Source: Bdellovibrionales bacterium
GTDB taxonomy: Bacteria > Bdellovibrionota > Bdellovibrionia > Bdellovibrionales > JAUICD01
Assembly: GCA_965262715.1 (NCBI GenBank)
Contig: OZ253553.1
Coordinates: 1,984,001-2,048,000, forward strand
Direction: 5' to 3'
DNA: 64,000 nt
Part shown: positions 60,170 through 64,000 of the stretch, in pieces
How positions within the stretch are numbered: the first letter of the stretch is position 1
Layout of the letters: every line of letters starts with the position of its first letter
Notes under the pieces: generated by a model
The model's database searches: none
The model's input: the letters and a program-made list of their open reading frames with translations, nothing else
Told to the model about the DNA's origin: nothing
Translations under genes and position numbers: made by a program

Positions 60170-63118
60170 TTAAAATTCAACTTCTTTAAGTGATGTCACA
60201 GTGTCAAAATCTACTCCAATCTCTCCGAAATGTTGGTGGCCACATTCAATTTTTTGCATTTCCTCTGGGCGAAGTTTGTCAAGATTGGTTGTGCTTTTTG
60301 TCTCTCGAACAAAATAAAGCTTTTCCTCTCTTTCAGTCACAAAAGCCCAATCAGGGTTATAAGGGCCTATAGGAGTATCTACTTTAAACCAATGTGGGAG
60401 TTTAACGAAAAGCTTGACATGTTCATTGTTATCAAGGTCTCTTGCAAAACGTTTTTCTATTTCCGATTCAAATTCTATAAAATCATAGAGAGATTTTTCT
60501 TGGTTTTTGATTTCATACAGATTTTTTATATAACCAGTAATTACTTTTTCAGCTTCTTTCTCAATCCTTTGCATTTCCCATAGTTCTTCCTTAATCTTTT
60601 TATACTGAATATTTTCTAACATAAGATATTTCATAGAAAAACTAATTTCATTGGCGACATTTTCCATAAATTGATATGGGTTTCTTAAGAAGTCCTCCAT
60701 TCTTTTAGATCTATGTAAAATTGTAACTAAGGCATGGCGGGTGAGCTGCGTTTTTTCTTGAAGATAGGAAATAATATCAGGTAACCGATCTGGCTTGATT
60801 TCATGATATTTTAATGGTGATGTCGTAGCTATTGTTTCAATACCTGCTAATGTTGGTTCCAAATTAGCCCGAGTTGAAGTGATTCTAATTGGACCAATTT
60901 CATTCATGTTTTTTATTCTGTCTATAGATTTTTTAATCAGTTCTTCTGTGTTGTAAAATACTGTGTAACGAGTTTTTTGACTAATTTTTTCCCAAAGTTG
61001 CTTAAAGTCTTCTCGTAGATAGACTTGTTTTTTAAATTTAACCTTCTCTCTTTTGTGTGCGTTAATAATTCTATCTCTAAAAATATATTTCTTCATTTCT
61101 TCAATTATTTTGTCAGTCAGATCTTCAAACTTTGAATCTATTTTTAAAATAAAATTTTCATTAGACGGGTCAAAAGAGTTTTGTATTTCTCCTGAAGAAC
61201 TTATGTACTTATTCTCTCTTAAGCTTTTCCAGATTTGATCAGACTTGTCTTGATCTATTTCTTTTTCTGTACCTTTTTCATCCCTACGAGTGATCTTAGC
61301 AAAAGTATGTTTTTCAATTATGCCAAATTTCACTCCAAGCTCTTCTTCATATTCACTTTGAAGTGCCCTAGCATATTCTTCATATCCTTCAGAGGCAATA
61401 ACTGTTAGACGATTTAAACTAGTATCATGAAGACGTTCACCTTTTTGGTTAACTGGCAAACGAAGTCCGCGACCAATTTGTTGGCGACGGTCTATTTCAG
61501 AACCAACTTCTCTAAGAGTGCAAACTTGAAAAACATTAGGATTATCCCAACCTTCTCTAAGTGCTGTATGGCTAAATATAAATCTAAGAGGCTGATTGAG
61601 GTCAAGTAAAAGTTCCTTATCTTTCATAATAAGAGAGTAAGTATCTTCATCATCTTTTGTATTTCCTTTCGTATCTTTCGTTCTTCCTTTTTTATCTTTA
61701 GAAAAATAACCATTGTGAATATCTTCTGTTTTAAAAGAAATAATATCTTTATATTCAGGTTTTTGAACAAATGCATTGTAATATTCTTCAAACCATTTTC
61801 CAATTTTTCCAAGACTTGTTGTTCCGTCTTGGTTATAAACCCTGTAATTTGAAACGTGGTCAATGAAGAATAAGGACAGGACTTTGACTCCTTGTCCTTT
61901 TACTGAAGCCTCTTTTTTAAGATGTTGCTCAATAGTCTCTTGCACCATTACTTTCATAACATCTTGATTGTTGCTTCCAATATTTTTTCCAATAGGGAGA
62001 CGTTGTCCTCTACTAAATTCTACATACCCATGTTGCTCTATAATATCAATATTTTTGACTATAAATCCTTGACGATAAGGTAAATGGTTTCCTGATTTAT
62101 GGTAGAGATCATCGTTTTGCTTAACTGCAATTTTATCAGTTTTAATGCCTGTAGCAGTTTTTTTATGGATTTCGAGTATAGCCCTAATACCACTATGTCC
62201 TCTTTTTTTATTTTCTCCATATAAATATTTAACATAAGCACTCGAATAATCTTCCTCTGCATGGATGGATGCAATTTCTATTCTCTTAACCAGTCGTTGG
62301 TCATAAGCCTCAATAGGACCTAGTTTGTAGAGAAGGTTGTAAGGGTTTCTATGAGTTGCACTATAACGTAAAATAACAGCAGGTTTAAGTTTTGTTATAG
62401 CAGCTTGAGATTTTGGAGTATTATCAACACTCTGAGGTTCATCTATGATCACAATTGGGCGAGTAGAGCTTATAAAATCAATAGGACGACCACCCATTCT
62501 ATCATTGTCTCGATAGATAACATTTGATTTCTGTTGATGATCAACTTGACTTTCAAGATCGATTTCTTCATCAGAAATATCCCTTTGAAAGGCTTGGATA
62601 TTCATCACCATAATTTGAATGTCATTGCTATCACGAAAGTTTCTAATATTATTTAAACATTTAGAATCATATAGATAATATTCGAAAGGAATTTTTTCAT
62701 ACTGGTCTTTAAAATGTTCTTTCATAAGACTAATGCTTTTCAAAACTCCTTCTCTAATGGCAATACTTGGAACAACCACAATAAACTTCTTAAAGCCATA
62801 ATGTTTGTTGAGTTCAAATAAAGTCCTAAGATAAACATAAGTTTTCCCAGTTCCTGTTTCCATCTCTATAGAAAAATTTCTTCCTTGCAATGAGTCAACT
62901 TTTGGAATATGATTTTGCTCTTGAATCTTATGTGTATTTGCAAGTAATTGTTCATCACTTAAAACAAAGTTATTGCTAACTCCTTGAAGAAAGCTTCTTT
63001 GCTGTCCTTCGATTTGAAAATTTGTTTGTCCAAAAGGTTGTCCATCAAATAAATTGACTACAGATTTGATAGCAGATTTTTGATATTTTAAGTTGGGATC
63101 AAATTTAAACTTCATCAT
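60170..63118 (-). CDS. res: Type III restriction-modification endonuclease (Res)
   Basis: FSIEMETGTGKTYVY, IIDEPQ, LRYSATH, ALREGWDNPNVFQ, QQIGRGLR, YNPDWA...ETK. Confidence 0.95.
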   Translation of the reverse strand: MMKFKFDPNLKYQKSAIKSVVNLFDGQPFGQTNFQIEGQQRSFLQGVSNNFVLSDEQLLANTHKIQEQNHIPKVDSLQGRNFSIEMETGTGKTYVYLRTLFELNKHYGFKKFIVVVPSIAIREGVLKSISLMKEHFKDQYEKIPFEYYLYDSKCLNNIRNFRDSNDIQIMVMNIQAFQRDISDEEIDLESQVDHQQKSNVIYRDNDRMGGRPIDFISSTRPIVIIDEPQSVDNTPKSQAAITKLKPAVILRYSATHRNPYNLLYKLGPIEAYDQRLVKRIEIASIHAEEDYSSAYVKYLYGENKKRGHSGIRAILEIHKKTATGIKTDKIAVKQNDDLYHKSGNHLPYRQGFIVKNIDIIEQHGYVEFSRGQRLPIGKNIGSNNQDVMKVMVQETIEQHLKKEASVKGQGVKVLSLFFIDHVSNYRVYNQDGTTSLGKIGKWFEEYYNAFVQKPEYKDIISFKTEDIHNGYFSKDKKGRTKDTKGNTKDDEDTYSLIMKDKELLLDLNQPLRFIFSHTALREGWDNPNVFQVCTLREVGSEIDRRQQIGRGLRLPVNQKGERLHDTSLNRLTVIASEGYEEYARALQSEYEEELGVKFGIIEKHTFAKITRRDEKGTEKEIDQDKSDQIWKSLRENKYISSSGEIQNSFDPSNENFILKIDSKFEDLTDKIIEEMKKYIFRDRIINAHKREKVKFKKQVYLREDFKQLWEKISQKTRYTVFYNTEELIKKSIDRIKNMNEIGPIRITSTRANLEPTLAGIETIATTSPLKYHEIKPDRLPDIISYLQEKTQLTRHALVTILHRSKRMEDFLRNPYQFMENVANEISFSMKYLMLENIQYKKIKEELWEMQRIEKEAEKVITGYIKNLYEIKNQEKSLYDFIEFESEIEKRFARDLDNNEHVKLFVKLPHWFKVDTPIGPYNPDWAFVTEREEKLYFVRETKSTTNLDKLRPEEMQKIECGHQHFGEIGVDFDTVTSLKEVEF

Positions 63119-63131
63119 AGTTATTAGTTCT

Positions 63132-64000
63132 TTAAACTGTAAAAAAATCTATTGTTGTTTCTTTGTGATGAGCTCTGGTTTTAAAGGTGTGGACAGCATT
63201 TGTTTTTAACTGGTCGTTATTTCTAAATCCTGCATCTAAACAGATTACTCTTTTTGGTGTTGGTTTAGTTTCTGCTAACTTAAGGATAAAATTTTCCGTT
63301 AACTCTCTGTCTAGACAAATAAGTAAAGCTCCTTTTTCTATTGAGTAACCTGTTTTTCCTAAGATGCTTAACTTTTTAATTGGAGTTGTTGGAGATAAAC
63401 CATCTTTAAGTATCAATTCATAAAGAATATCTTCATTTAAAGCTTTAGGATCAATATAATCTATTTGTTCTTCTATTTGTTTTAAGAGCATTTGTTGACT
63501 GATATTAGGATTGCCATCCCATTCTTTAAAACAGGATTTGTCTAATTTAAGTACTTTAAATCCTAAATCGAGATAATTTGAATTTGGACTTTTATCTTCA
63601 AATTTTCTTATAACCCTACGAATACGTTCTTTACCTATATCTGCTATAGTTTTATAGCCTGCTTTAAAGGCTTCTGATTCTTTAAGACAAGGCTCTGGAA
63701 GTTGAATCATTATAAATTTTCGATTAGTTTGATCTTTGTTATTAACTTCTAATACGGCTTGAGCTGTAGTTGCTGAACCTGCAAAAAAATCTAAAATGAT
63801 ATCTTCAGGTTTAATCACAATTGACGATATAAGTATTTTTAATAAGGAGACAGGCTTAGGATAAGAGAATATATTTTTTTTTTCAAATAAAGCTTCAACT
63901 TTAATTCCTCCATCACTTTTTAAGCTTAATATTGTTCTTAGTAAAAGATTTTCAACATCCTTTAAATATCCTATTGAACTGGGTTGAGTATTTTCATCTT
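63132..64000 (-). CDS. mod: Type III restriction-modification methyltransferase (Mod), C-terminal part
   Basis: The frame is open to the window edge: FSYPKPVSLL...IILDFFAGSATTAQAV...RKFIMIQLPE...DLGFKVLKL. Confidence 0.95.
   Translation of the reverse strand, partial: DENTQPSSIGYLKDVENLLLRTILSLKSDGGIKVEALFEKKNIFSYPKPVSLLKILISSIVIKPEDIILDFFAGSATTAQAVLEVNNKDQTNRKFIMIQLPEPCLKESEAFKAGYKTIADIGKERIRRVIRKFEDKSPNSNYLDLGFKVLKLDKSCFKEWDGNPNISQQMLLKQIEEQIDYIDPKALNEDILYELILKDGLSPTTPIKKLSILGKTGYSIEKGALLICLDRELTENFILKLAETKPTPKRVICLDAGFRNNDQLKTNAVHTFKTRAHHKETTIDFFTV

Noticed and set aside
5199..62274. Short ORFs overlapping long genes (e.g. 5199-5414, 5655-5849, 6034-6444, 10656-10895, 24058-24321, 50080-50415, 60230-60583, 61624-61863)
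   Set aside because: Antisense or alternate-frame shadows of well-supported CDSs, with no independent evidence.

Overview
AT-rich bacterial chromosomal window. The lineage is probably Bdellovibrionota-like, inferred from the 'FMNCS' lipoboxes and the many signal-peptide-bearing orphan proteins. Housekeeping genes (icd, dps, tRNA-Gly, serS, hisS-aspS, dapA, gcvP, efp, nadV) are interleaved with three kinds of accessory DNA. (1) Predicted exported proteins: a mosaic six-copy ankyrin array, a multi-HTH protein, an mTERF-like protein, a degenerate ClpB-like protein and an FtsH-peptidase-like protein, most sharing a terminal CxxxL motif. (2) Defence-type genes: helicase-nuclease, Ppl/TrlF-like PHP-ATPase plus AlbA_2, SDH_sah protease, and a right-hand island with type III R-M, a SIR2 (Dsr1-like) protein and a UvrD helicase. 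(3) Mobile DNA: IS30, IS5, IS remnants and a four-helix-bundle gene. Four structures stand out. A dispersed ~120-146 bp hairpin element with covarying stems forms tandem and nested arrays (about 12 units at 8 loci). Solo IS30-like right ends follow four of the six ankyrin genes. A start-less HTH tail begins exactly at a TGGTGGA core at the island boundary, suggesting a split recombinase at an att site. A covarying structured element lies inside IS5-type ends. All family assignments come from motif recognition by eye; no searches were run.
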